A program made the position numbers and the translations under genes. Shown piece by piece: positions 1-8,798 of a stretch of DNA of 20,308 nt. Under the pieces are notes generated by a model that was not told the DNA's origin, did no database searches, and worked only from the letters and a program-made list of their open reading frames with translations. The DNA is from Promethearchaeota archaeon (GTDB lineage Archaea > Asgardarchaeota > Lokiarchaeia > Sigyniarchaeales > SOKP01), in NCBI GenBank assembly GCA_016926735.1, contig JAFGOA010000081.1, positions 1-20,308 on the forward strand, written 5' to 3'. The stretch's first letter is position 1, and each line of letters opens with the position of its first letter.

Positions 1-38
1 CATTGATGAATTATTGATTTATAGATATCCTCACTCAA
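1..38 (-). CDS. Possible 5' end of a gene running off the left edge (TTG start, MSEDIYKSIIHQ...)
   Basis: The minus strand reads GGAGG-gaatgaa-TTG AGT GAG GAT ATC TAT AAA...: an SD-like GGAGG 7 nt before a TTG, with the frame open to the edge. Only 12 codons are visible. Confidence 0.4.
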   Translation of the reverse strand, partial: MSEDIYKSIIHQ

Positions 39-232
39 TTCATTCCCTCCATAAAGGTAGGGGTCTTCTTGAGTGATAAAAGATAAATTAGCATATAATA
101 GAATTTTAATACAAAAGCCTTTAAAAATTATTAAATAACAGTACAGTCAAAATTAATTTTAAATAGTTGTATTTTTATTTATATAATTGATAGAGGCTTT
201 CCTTATCTAAAACCATGATATAGCAGGTTAAA

Positions 233-526
233 ATGAAAGTTAATTGTAATGAGATTAATATCTATAATAATTTGCTAGATTTCTATGAGTCTCCTAAATA
301 TAAAAGATATCTTGAAAAATGGAGCTATAGAATATTAAATAATCTCATTAAAATTCCCGAAGTTCAAAACAATATAGAGCTTTATACAAATATATTATTA
401 CTGTTTATTGCTTTTTTACGCGAGAATTTAATTTTTGAATTTTCAGATTCAAGTACTACAAAAATAAATGATCTTCCCTACAAACAAAAAAAGATTGCTC
501 AAAATCTTTTAAAATCATGTATCTAA
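233..526 (+). CDS. Hypothetical protein (97 aa), possibly a gene remnant
   Basis: ORF track; composition plausible, no recognisable motif. Followed by about 260 nt containing only short open frames. Confidence 0.4.
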   Translation: MKVNCNEINIYNNLLDFYESPKYKRYLEKWSYRILNNLIKIPEVQNNIELYTNILLLFIAFLRENLIFEFSDSSTTKINDLPYKQKKIAQNLLKSCI

Positions 527-791
527 TGGATTACCACTCTAAAAAATTATGTGTATATTTGAATGGAAAAATATTTTCTAAGATTTATAATTAAATTTCT
601 TAAAATTTATAATCTAATTCAAGGATTCATTTTTCCTAATAAAGAATATAAAATAACAATATAAAATGATATAATTTTTCTCATCCTGAGGATATTTGAT
701 TCCAATTTCGCCAATAAACTTTTTTTCTAATAAAAAAAAAGAAACGATTATTTTTGTCTTATATATAGTCTCTATACTGAATAACAATTTC

Positions 792-1442
792 TTAATCTAA
801 AGCTTGTTTTTTAAATAATCGCTTTTTAAGTTTTACCTGTCCTGTATCCTCGTTATATTCAACAACATCTATATTTGATAATTCATGAACTGCTCTTAAA
901 ACCATAGCTCCAGAAATTCCTGTAGAATTCTTAAGATCTTCACGGGACATCTCTTCTTTACCGCCATGCAAATTAAGTAATATTCGATAATGTGGTTGAC
1001 CTTGCCAAATTTCTTTTATTAATAATTTAGTTATAGATAATAAAGCCTTAACTCTTTCAAAATTAAATTCCGTTTCCTCTTGATCTTCTACAAGTTTATT
1101 TAATTGACTTAATTCTTCTTTTAGGTTCTGATATTCATCTAATAGTCTCATTTGCTCAGAGGTTAAATCCCCTATTTTATCATCTCTTTCTTTTTTTTCT
1201 TTTTCTAATTGAATCGTTGCTTGTTCCAGCTTTATCTTATCTTGTTCCAACTTTTTTTTTTCATCCTCAAGTTGTTCTTTCTCACGTTCAAGTGATTTTG
1301 TTTCATTACTTAAATCTTCTTTATCTTGTTCTAGTTTCATGAATGATTGTTTTGCCGTTCTTAATGAGTTTTTAATGTTATCAATATCCTTTATCGTCTC
1401 ATCTATTTCATCTATTATATTTTTATCTAGCGTAGATTCCAT
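792..1442 (-). CDS. Coiled-coil protein with C-terminal winged helix-turn-helix domain
   Basis: Heptads LEREKEQ-LEDEKKK-LEQDKIK-LEQATIQ-LEKEKKE. The C-terminus PHYRILLNLHG...MSREDLKNSTGISGAMVLRAVHELSNIDVVEYNEDTGQVKL has the helix-helix-helix-hairpin pattern of a wHTH. Confidence 0.8.
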   Translation of the reverse strand: MESTLDKNIIDEIDETIKDIDNIKNSLRTAKQSFMKLEQDKEDLSNETKSLEREKEQLEDEKKKLEQDKIKLEQATIQLEKEKKERDDKIGDLTSEQMRLLDEYQNLKEELSQLNKLVEDQEETEFNFERVKALLSITKLLIKEIWQGQPHYRILLNLHGGKEEMSREDLKNSTGISGAMVLRAVHELSNIDVVEYNEDTGQVKLKKRLFKKQALD

Positions 1443-1655
1443 GATTATAATTATAATTATATTATTTATAATAATTGTGATTTTTTATATTAAATAAAAT
1501 CTTATGAGAAATTCTTTTTTTTTTTAATTACATTATATTTTTTATTACAAGAAGACAATTAAAATAATTATTAAAATTAATTGTAAAAGTGTTTATTGAT
1601 ATTCTTTTCATATTTGATTTATCCAATTCCTAAAAGAAGATATCTTCTTGTATTA

Positions 1656-2930
1656 TTATGATAATTGATAATTATCTTTACCATATAACAAAATTAGATT
1701 AAGGATAACTTCAGTAGCTTTTTTTAGCGCAATAGTTGGGATAAATTCTTTTTTTGAATGATATAAATACCCTCCTGCAAAAATATTTGGAGTAGGAATC
1801 CCTTTTTGGCTTAAATAGGCACCATCAGTTCCACCTCTAATTATTCGAATGATTGGATCTAAATCTGCCATCTTTATTGCTTTTTTTGCAAAATTAATTA
1901 TGTATGGCGTTTTTTCTATATACCTTTTCATGTTGGAATATTGATGTTCAATATTAAAAGTAATTTTAACTCCTTTGTATTTTTCTTCAAATTTTTTTCT
2001 GAGTTCTTCTAGGTAAGATATTCTCTTTTGATTAATTGATTCCTCAAAATCTCGTATTATCAAAATTGCCTCAGATTTTTCTTCATTTCCCTTTAAAAAA
2101 TTAAGATGATAAAAACCTTCTCTTTCTTTGGTCTTTTCTGGTCTCTCTAATTTTGGAATTTCATTAAAAAATTCACATGCTATTTGAATAGAATTAACCA
2201 TAATATCTTTTGCATAACCTGGATGGACATTTAAACCATTAAATATTATTTTTATCTTCCAGGCATCAAAACATTCAATCTGTAGTAATCCCATTTCAGA
2301 ACCATCAATAGTGTAACAAATTTTTGGGATTTTTGAAATATCAACATATTGAGTTCCTTTTCCTATTTCTTCATCTGGAAATAAAGCAATAATGATAGGA
2401 CCATGCTCTATTTCTGGATAATTTAATAAAATTTCACAAGCTGTTATAATTTCGGCTATCCCTGCTTTATCATCAGCACCTAAAAGAGTATCTCCTTTTG
2501 ATGTTATGATATCAGAATTAATATAATTTAATAATTCTGGGTTCTCTTTGGGTGATAAAATTAATGACGGATTTTTTTCAAAAGATATATCTAATCCAGA
2601 ATAGTTCCTATGAATAGTGGGTTCTATATTTATTCCACTTACAGATGGAGATGTATCTAAATGTGCAACAAACCCAATTTCTGGTTTATCTTCATAACCC
2701 TTAGTAGGAGAGATTTTCGCATAAATATAACCGTGTTCATCATGAATAATTTCTTTAATACCTAATTCTTCCATTTCATCTATTAATAATTTACCAAATT
2801 TAACTTGACTATCAGTTGAAGGGGATTCATTTGATGTTTCATCAGATGTTGTTTCAATTCTCACATATTTTAAGAATCTTGAAATTACTTTTTCAGTTAT
2901 AAGGTTAATTATTGAATTTGGGACTTTCAT
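1656..2930 (-). CDS. pepT: Peptidase T (tripeptide aminopeptidase, M20B family)
   Basis: Motifs RFLKYVRIETTSD, GFVAHLDTS, TLLGADDKAGIAEI, PDEEIG, YTIDG, VHPGYAK..MVN, IRGGTDGA, PTPNIFAGG..HS are all characteristic of PepT. Confidence 0.95.
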   Translation of the reverse strand: MKVPNSIINLITEKVISRFLKYVRIETTSDETSNESPSTDSQVKFGKLLIDEMEELGIKEIIHDEHGYIYAKISPTKGYEDKPEIGFVAHLDTSPSVSGINIEPTIHRNYSGLDISFEKNPSLILSPKENPELLNYINSDIITSKGDTLLGADDKAGIAEIITACEILLNYPEIEHGPIIIALFPDEEIGKGTQYVDISKIPKICYTIDGSEMGLLQIECFDAWKIKIIFNGLNVHPGYAKDIMVNSIQIACEFFNEIPKLERPEKTKEREGFYHLNFLKGNEEKSEAILIIRDFEESINQKRISYLEELRKKFEEKYKGVKITFNIEHQYSNMKRYIEKTPYIINFAKKAIKMADLDPIIRIIRGGTDGAYLSQKGIPTPNIFAGGYLYHSKKEFIPTIALKKATEVILNLILLYGKDNYQLS

Positions 2931-2947
2931 GGCACTTATACGATATC

Positions 2948-3493
2948 CTAAAGTTGATTACTTAACTCCATTACGTTTTCATTAAATTTTATTAACTTAT
3001 CCAAGTTGATTTTTAATGCTTGTAGAAATTGTGAAGTAATTAAGAAATCTTTTTTATCTTTTTCAGACATTTGTTTATGAATATTTTGTATTCTCTCTTT
3101 AAAAAATATTGTTTGATTAATTATCTGTTTATATTGGTCAATTGTTAATTCTTTTAAATTTAATGTAACATAATATCTTCTCTCTCTATGATGATTTTCA
3201 TTTATAACTTCGATATAATGACATTTACCTGCTTTTAATAATGATGATAATGAACGAGACACGGAACTTACTGAACGATTAATAAATTTAGCAATTGATT
3301 CTTGAGTTAAACCATATTGAGGGTTAAAAGCACGTAAAACAAGAACTCCAAATATTTTACCTATTATAAAATATAAACCTCTCATTTCCCATAGTTTGCC
3401 ATAGGTATCAATTATACTTTTTTCATATTCGTTTAATTTCGATAAATTATTATCTAATATGATTTCTTTATTACTATTTTTTTTTTGACTCAT
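2948..3493 (-). CDS. GbsR/MarR-family winged-helix transcriptional regulator
   Basis: Pattern G.LWE.RGL....GKIFGVL...LTQESIA..INRSVSSVSRSL..L...G...ERRYY matches GbsR/MarR-like regulators. Lies 17 bp upstream of pepT on the same strand. Confidence 0.8.
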   Translation of the reverse strand: MSQKKNSNKEIILDNNLSKLNEYEKSIIDTYGKLWEMRGLYFIIGKIFGVLVLRAFNPQYGLTQESIAKFINRSVSSVSRSLSSLLKAGKCHYIEVINENHHRERRYYVTLNLKELTIDQYKQIINQTIFFKERIQNIHKQMSEKDKKDFLITSQFLQALKINLDKLIKFNENVMELSNQL

Positions 3494-3558
3494 ATCTCTT
3501 AAAAAAGGAATTTGTATAAGTAAAAAAGAATAAAAAACTTTTTAAATATTTTCTCACT

Positions 3559-3582
3559 TGCACCATTGTGCGATTATGCACA
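3559..3582. promoter_or_regulatory. Candidate operator: overlapping inverted repeats GCAC-N4-GTGC and TGTGC-N6-GCACA
   Basis: TGCACCATTGTGCGATTATGCACA is a GC-richer patch in an AT-rich intergenic region between the divergent regulator and membrane-protein genes. Confidence 0.5.
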
Positions 3583-3610
3583 TAAACCAATAATAAAAGT
3601 GATAAAAAAA

Positions 3611-4012
3611 ATGAATTTTTCTGAATTTTTAATCATATTTGGAGGTATTTTTTCAATAGTTATGAGTATTTTTCATACTCAATTTTCCAGAATTTTTAAA
3701 TGGAAAACTTCTTTTAAAGAAAAGGCCATTGCTAACTATAAAATATTATATACAATAAATCTTGCCTTAATTCTTTTTTTATTTTGTTCTGGTATTTTTT
3801 CTATAACTTTTGCATCAAGACTAGCAGGAAAAGGAAGTATAGAACTATCCATTCTTATTTTCCTTTCTTTATTTTGGATATGGAGAACAATATGGCAAAT
3901 TCTCTATTTTAAAGTACCTAAAAACATAGAAAAGAGACCCATAATACATTATATATTCGTTATATATTTTCTTCTGTGTTCAATTTTTTACACATTATCA
4001 GTATTCTTTTGA
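3611..4012 (+). CDS. Small integral membrane protein (about 4 TM helices), function unknown
   Basis: Four hydrophobic segments with FH..F...FKW and FWIWRT.WQ..YF motifs. ATG at 3611 is preferred over the track's TTG at 3566, which lies within the palindromic site. Confidence 0.75.
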   Translation: MNFSEFLIIFGGIFSIVMSIFHTQFSRIFKWKTSFKEKAIANYKILYTINLALILFLFCSGIFSITFASRLAGKGSIELSILIFLSLFWIWRTIWQILYFKVPKNIEKRPIIHYIFVIYFLLCSIFYTLSVFF

Positions 4013-4038
4013 ATTGGAGAAGAAAATTCAATTTTTTT

Positions 4039-5403
4039 TTATTTCAGCAGATTTTTTTCTTTTGCATTTAAATCTAACCAATCGCTTAAATTTTTTAAAT
4101 TTCTACGACTAATAGCACAATAAATCTTTAAAAAAGGAATAAAGTCTCTAAACAATTCAGATTGAGATACAGGATATTTTTCTTGGATTTTCTCGATTAA
4201 ACTTGATTCTGCTGCATTTAAAGAGAAGAAACTAGAGGTACTATATCTAGGAAAATTTACTGGTTTATATCCCTGTGTTCTATTTTCTTTTCCAACAATA
4301 GCTACTCCGCCAGCAAATAAATCATAAAAATAGGGTAATAATGACCAATCCATATTTTTTTTGATTCTCCCAAAAATTTCATCGGCGATTGATAGATATT
4401 CAAAAGCATTTGAAAGATCTCTTTTATTATAAACAAACATTGGAAGATTTTCATTTATCCATTTATATAGAAAGTTATAATCCACATCAGATTTGTTTGT
4501 TATTGCACGAGCTTCATTTAAAGTGTTTACTTTTTGAAATAAATCTCTTATTATACTAAATATTTCTTCTGTTGTATCTCTATGAAGACTCATTATTATT
4601 TTGTTTCTCTCTTCAGGAGTTTCATTAGAGATTTGACTTAAAGCTTGGAGGTCATTAAGAATTCCTCGTAAATCTCCCTCATTTTTATTTATTATAAGTT
4701 CTAAATCTAATTGTTTAATATTATCTATATTCTCTAAAGATAATATTTTAGTTATGATTTTCAAAATTTCATCTTTTGAAAGAGGATTGACCTCATATCG
4801 AGGGATTGCATTATATAATGATTGTAAATTAAGTTTATATTCATTAGCACACATGATTATAGGAAATTGTGTGTCTTTAGCTAAATCTAAAATGGTAGGT
4901 ACTGCACCTCTATCTTTTGTACCATATATCCCATCTATCTCATCAATTAAGATTAGTTTTCTTTTTGTTTCAGAAATAAAATCCATGATTCCTTTAGATT
5001 TGGTAGTTTCTTTTAATTTTGATTCTAATGCTTCTCTTGTTCTAGTATCAGATGCATTGGTCTCAATGACTTCCATATTCATATCATTTGCAAGAGCATA
5101 AACTATAGATGTCTTTCCAATTCCCGGTTGACCTTCAAGTAAAATAGCAGTTTTTTCTTGTGGCAATTTTATTATTTCTTTTTTTTCCTTCTCCAGACAT
5201 CCTCTATTAAATACCTTTATTTCTTGATTTTTGTTATTTATATTTTTTATTTCTCTAAAAAAAATATCAATAAATTTAGTCAATTCTTCTACTAAATTCA
5301 CTTTTTGACGATTTAATTTAGCCGTTGGTAGTGCCATGTCTTTGATACTTTTAGGTCGATATTTTTCAATCCACGGTATATTATCATTTTTCTTTTTAAC
5401 CAT
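4039..5403 (-). CDS. rfcL: Replication factor C large subunit
   Basis: PWIEKYRP, Walker A GQPGIGKT, ETNASDTR, Walker B LILIDEIDG, GDLRG, and collar motifs WINENLP..LS.AD..FGRI...W.LLPY. ATG at 5403 avoids overlap with the upstream gene (track start 5433). Confidence 0.92.
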   Translation of the reverse strand: MVKKKNDNIPWIEKYRPKSIKDMALPTAKLNRQKVNLVEELTKFIDIFFREIKNINNKNQEIKVFNRGCLEKEKKEIIKLPQEKTAILLEGQPGIGKTSIVYALANDMNMEVIETNASDTRTREALESKLKETTKSKGIMDFISETKRKLILIDEIDGIYGTKDRGAVPTILDLAKDTQFPIIMCANEYKLNLQSLYNAIPRYEVNPLSKDEILKIITKILSLENIDNIKQLDLELIINKNEGDLRGILNDLQALSQISNETPEERNKIIMSLHRDTTEEIFSIIRDLFQKVNTLNEARAITNKSDVDYNFLYKWINENLPMFVYNKRDLSNAFEYLSIADEIFGRIKKNMDWSLLPYFYDLFAGGVAIVGKENRTQGYKPVNFPRYSTSSFFSLNAAESSLIEKIQEKYPVSQSELFRDFIPFLKIYCAISRRNLKNLSDWLDLNAKEKNLLK

Positions 5404-5410
5404 ATCTATT

Positions 5411-6457
5411 TCACATATACTCTCCAAAAGCATTTAATTTTGATATAAAGGCTGATATTTGAATATCTGAATCAATTCCATCTAAGGCTCGAAAATCTGC
5501 ATCTCCTATTAAATTTATTAACTTACATTTTTCGAACCTAGAAATTGGTAGATCAATAATAACTTCAAGCATTTTTTGAAATAATTCATTTGCATTATAT
5601 TTATAATTTGATAGAATTTCTCTAAACATGATTCTAGATTTTTTAAAATCTCCTTTAAAACTATTGAGAATCAGTTTTTCAATATCTTCATTTTTAAATT
5701 TCTTTACACTTTCAAATATTATCTTCTCATCGATAATATTAGAGTTTATACTGCTTAATTGCAGTATATCAATTGCTTTGGATATTCTACCTTCAGTAAT
5801 TCTATATATTATTTTAATAATATCAATATTCACATCAATTGACTCTTTTTTGGATATTTTGAGAATTAATTCTTCGAATTTATTATATTTCAATGGAGGA
5901 ATTAGAAATAATTGACATCTTGAAATGATAGGATCAATTATACCTGATATCTTAGTTGTTAACAATATCATTCGACAATTATTACCATAGATTTCCATTA
6001 ATCTCCTAAATCCTTGTTGATTAGATCCTAATGCTTCGAAATTTTTTACAATTAATATTTTAAAAGGAACATCTCCTAATACTTTTAATTGAACAAAAGG
6101 TTTAATTTTGACTTGAATAAATACCGGAGTGGTTATACTTTTACCTGCCATACTCCCAATTTTATTTGTTGAGATATAAGACTCCGATTTAGCTTGGGAT
6201 CGTTCTTCTTGGGTTAAGGGGAGATCAGCATAAACTAATTTAAGATTCGCATCAAAATAATCCCCTAAAAATTCTTTAGAGAAAAGATTTGCTATTGTTG
6301 TTTTTCCAATTCCACTAGAACCCACGAATAATAAATGAGGGAAATTCTTACTCTTAATAAATTCTTTCAATCTTGAAATTAATAATTCTCTTCCATATAT
6401 TTCATCTAAAGCTTTTGGCAGATATTTAAGGCGCCAAATTGGGTTTTCTTCAGTCAT
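5411..6457 (-). CDS. Divergent second RFC small subunit, probably ATPase-inactive
   Basis: W.LKY.P, PHLLFVGSSGIGKTT, QQGFRRLME, IIDPIISRC and the collar motif IGDADFRALDG..SDIQI are RFC-S features. Walker B reads IVKNFE and sensor 2 reads GRISKAI. Confidence 0.88.
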   Translation of the reverse strand: MTEENPIWRLKYLPKALDEIYGRELLISRLKEFIKSKNFPHLLFVGSSGIGKTTIANLFSKEFLGDYFDANLKLVYADLPLTQEERSQAKSESYISTNKIGSMAGKSITTPVFIQVKIKPFVQLKVLGDVPFKILIVKNFEALGSNQQGFRRLMEIYGNNCRMILLTTKISGIIDPIISRCQLFLIPPLKYNKFEELILKISKKESIDVNIDIIKIIYRITEGRISKAIDILQLSSINSNIIDEKIIFESVKKFKNEDIEKLILNSFKGDFKKSRIMFREILSNYKYNANELFQKMLEVIIDLPISRFEKCKLINLIGDADFRALDGIDSDIQISAFISKLNAFGEYM

Positions 6458-6477
6458 ATCATTTCTATTTTATATTT

Positions 6478-7476
6478 TTACTCATTATCCTTTTTATTAA
6501 TTCTTAAAAATATATCTGATAATAATGCAATAAGTTGTATATATTCGTCTGCTCCTTGAGAAATTCGATAATCAATTTCTCCAAAATAAGTTTTTATTTT
6601 TATAATATCCTTTTTGTCCATATTATCAATACTTAAGATTATTTTATTTAATTGTCTAAGGAAATTTCTACTATCAATATTTGATATGGAATCAAAAATC
6701 ATTTTAACTTCTTTATAATTTCCTTTTATTAAAGATATTATTAGTTTCTCCATAGTAGGTTTTTCTACAAAACCAGAAATCTTTAAAATCTCATCAGTAT
6801 CCAAATCCTTTAAGAGATGAAGTGCTACCGACATTTGTAATGTATTAATTGCTTTTCTCAAATCACCTCCAGAAATAAAATAGAGCATTTCAAAAAACTC
6901 CTTTTCTTTTCCTTTTGGAAGAGCTAATTTTTCTTGTTTTGCTATATATTTTAATCGTTCTATTATCTTTTCTTCCGAAAGTTTTAAAAATCTAAATACT
7001 GCACACCTAGATATTATTGGATCAATTATTTCATTAATATAATTGCACATCAAAATAAATTTTACATTTGGGGGAGAACTTTCAATAATCCTTCTCAATG
7101 TTTGTTGTACTGTTTTTGGAATATTATCTGCTTCATCTAAAATTACGATTTTAACTTCCTTTTCTTTTAAAATCATATTTTGATTAACAAAATTATTCAA
7201 TTCATTTCTAACATAATCCATCCTTACAGTGTCTGATGCATTTAACTCTAATACATTTCTGTAATATTTATCTCCTTTAAGTAATTTTTTTGCGATTATC
7301 AGTGCTGTACTTGTTTTGCCTGTTCCAGCAGGACCAGTAAAAATCATATGAGGCATATCATAACTTTTTTTGATAAATTCAGCCAAATTAGTAGTAGATA
7401 TATCTTGACTAACAATCTCTTCAAAACTTTTAGGGCGATATTTCTCAACCCAAGGAGTTTCTAAATCCGTACTCAT
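6478..7476 (-). CDS. rfcS: Replication factor C small subunit (canonical)
   Basis: PWVEKYRP, GPAGTGKT, LELNASD, ILDEAD, QQTLRR, IIDPIISRC, GDLRKAINTLQ: all RFC boxes intact. Confidence 0.96.
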   Translation of the reverse strand: MSTDLETPWVEKYRPKSFEEIVSQDISTTNLAEFIKKSYDMPHMIFTGPAGTGKTSTALIIAKKLLKGDKYYRNVLELNASDTVRMDYVRNELNNFVNQNMILKEKEVKIVILDEADNIPKTVQQTLRRIIESSPPNVKFILMCNYINEIIDPIISRCAVFRFLKLSEEKIIERLKYIAKQEKLALPKGKEKEFFEMLYFISGGDLRKAINTLQMSVALHLLKDLDTDEILKISGFVEKPTMEKLIISLIKGNYKEVKMIFDSISNIDSRNFLRQLNKIILSIDNMDKKDIIKIKTYFGEIDYRISQGADEYIQLIALLSDIFLRINKKDNE

Positions 7477-7661
7477 TGTTATACTTTAAATAATTTTTTC
7501 TTTTCTCTTAATCTATACTTGCAAGCATAGAATTTAAATTTTTTTTGCTGTAAATTAACAGAATAATAATTTTTTAAATTTATTGACTGAGATAAATTTT
7601 AATAAATATATTAAAAAAAACACAAATATTTAATAATCAGATTATAAATAATATCCTTATT

Positions 7662-8180
7662 ATGATAAAAAAAAAGATAGTTATGTTTTTTTCATTATTC
7701 TCTTTTGTATTAATATTAATTATACCTATGGTTAGAGGAAATATGGCCTTCCCATGGATATTGTATCAAAATTTTTGGGATTTTATAATAATAATTATTC
7801 CTGTAATTTTTGTTATTTCGCTTACTCTTGAATTATTTATATTATTTATATTTGAAAAAAAAAATAATATACTAAATCATAGTAAATTTATAAAATATAT
7901 ATTATTTGCAAATCTGATATCGTTTCCATTTACGCAATTTTTTGTTATTTTTCCATGGGGATTGGGAATTGGTTATTATTTTTCTCTTTTACCTACTTTA
8001 GCTACGATTCAGATAGTTCCTATGACAATAGAGTATCTTATACTCAGTTATTTATTCAAAAAATTATATAATAAGGGAAATATTGAATATGAAATTACTA
8101 ATTGTGGTCCTGTAATTGTTCTAGCAAATTTATTTTCTTTTTCAATAGGATGGCTTATATATTCTTTTATTCCAGTATAA
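7662..8180 (+). CDS. Hypothetical multi-pass membrane protein (172 aa)
   Basis: Five to six hydrophobic segments; internal repeat E...ANL.SF occurs twice (ANLISF, ANLFSF). Confidence 0.8.
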   Translation: MIKKKIVMFFSLFSFVLILIIPMVRGNMAFPWILYQNFWDFIIIIIPVIFVISLTLELFILFIFEKKNNILNHSKFIKYILFANLISFPFTQFFVIFPWGLGIGYYFSLLPTLATIQIVPMTIEYLILSYLFKKLYNKGNIEYEITNCGPVIVLANLFSFSIGWLIYSFIPV

Positions 8181-8229
8181 TATTTATTTTATAATACTTA
8201 AATTTTAAAAAAAGATAATATTGAGAATA

Positions 8230-8732
8230 ATGTCAAAAAAAAATCTCTATCCAATAATAAGTATTATTGTATTGTCTTTAATTATACCTTTAGTTAAGCT
8301 AATATGGTATTCCCAGGTAATATTTATCAAATTTATCAAGATCATATATTATTCATTTTGTCTTTAATCTTTATGCTAACTTATTCTATTGAATTAATTG
8401 TAATCTATCCCTTCTTTAGAAAAAAATTTATATTAAATTTTAAAGAATTTCTTTTATATGTCCTTTTTATAAATCTTATAACCTTCCCTATAACCCATTT
8501 TATTATTTTTTTAAGTGGAATTTAGATTTCTACTTCAATATATTATCTTTTCTTTTTTGAAGGTTTTCCTATTTATTTAGAGTTTTAACTGTTAAAATAT
8601 TTTTTTCCTAAATTTTATTTTAATAAAATACTAACAGAAGAAAAACCAGATTTTTTTTTTATATCTATTATTGCAAATCTAAGTTCATATATCGTAGGAG
8701 TTATAATAATTTCATTAACTTTAGGTATTTAA
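8230..8732 (+). pseudogene. Disrupted tandem paralog of the 7662-8180 membrane protein
   Basis: ATG 8230 gives ...LIIPLVK, then a 1-nt frameshift near 8299 into NMVFP...INLITFPITH. After in-frame TAG (8523-8525) and TAA (8586-8588) the frame continues FEGFPIYLEF*LLKYFF...IIANLSSYIVG to TAA 8730-8732. This is collinear with LIIPMVRGNMAFP / ANLISFPFTQ / IVPMTIEYLILSYLF / VLANLFSFSIG in the upstream gene. Confidence 0.85.
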
Positions 8733-8798
8733 CAAGTAATATATAAAAGAATTGTTTAATGCTATAATTCTATCGATTCTTATTAAAATTTACAAATA

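Noticed and set aside
526-790. TAATG-coupled short ORF and further broken frames after the 97-aa ORF
   Set aside because: Only 22 codons with no recognisable homology; it could be a decayed gene tail but cannot be supported.
4754-5915. Plus-strand ORFs 4754-5101 and 5628-5915
   Set aside because: Antisense shadows fully inside well-supported RFC genes; Ser/Ile/Phe-rich composition expected from the reverse complement.
8523-8588. Stop-codon recoding (pyrrolysine or alternative genetic code) in the membrane paralog
   Set aside because: The gene also has an in-frame TAA and a frameshift, and TAA is the dominant true stop in this window. Pseudogenisation is the simpler explanation.
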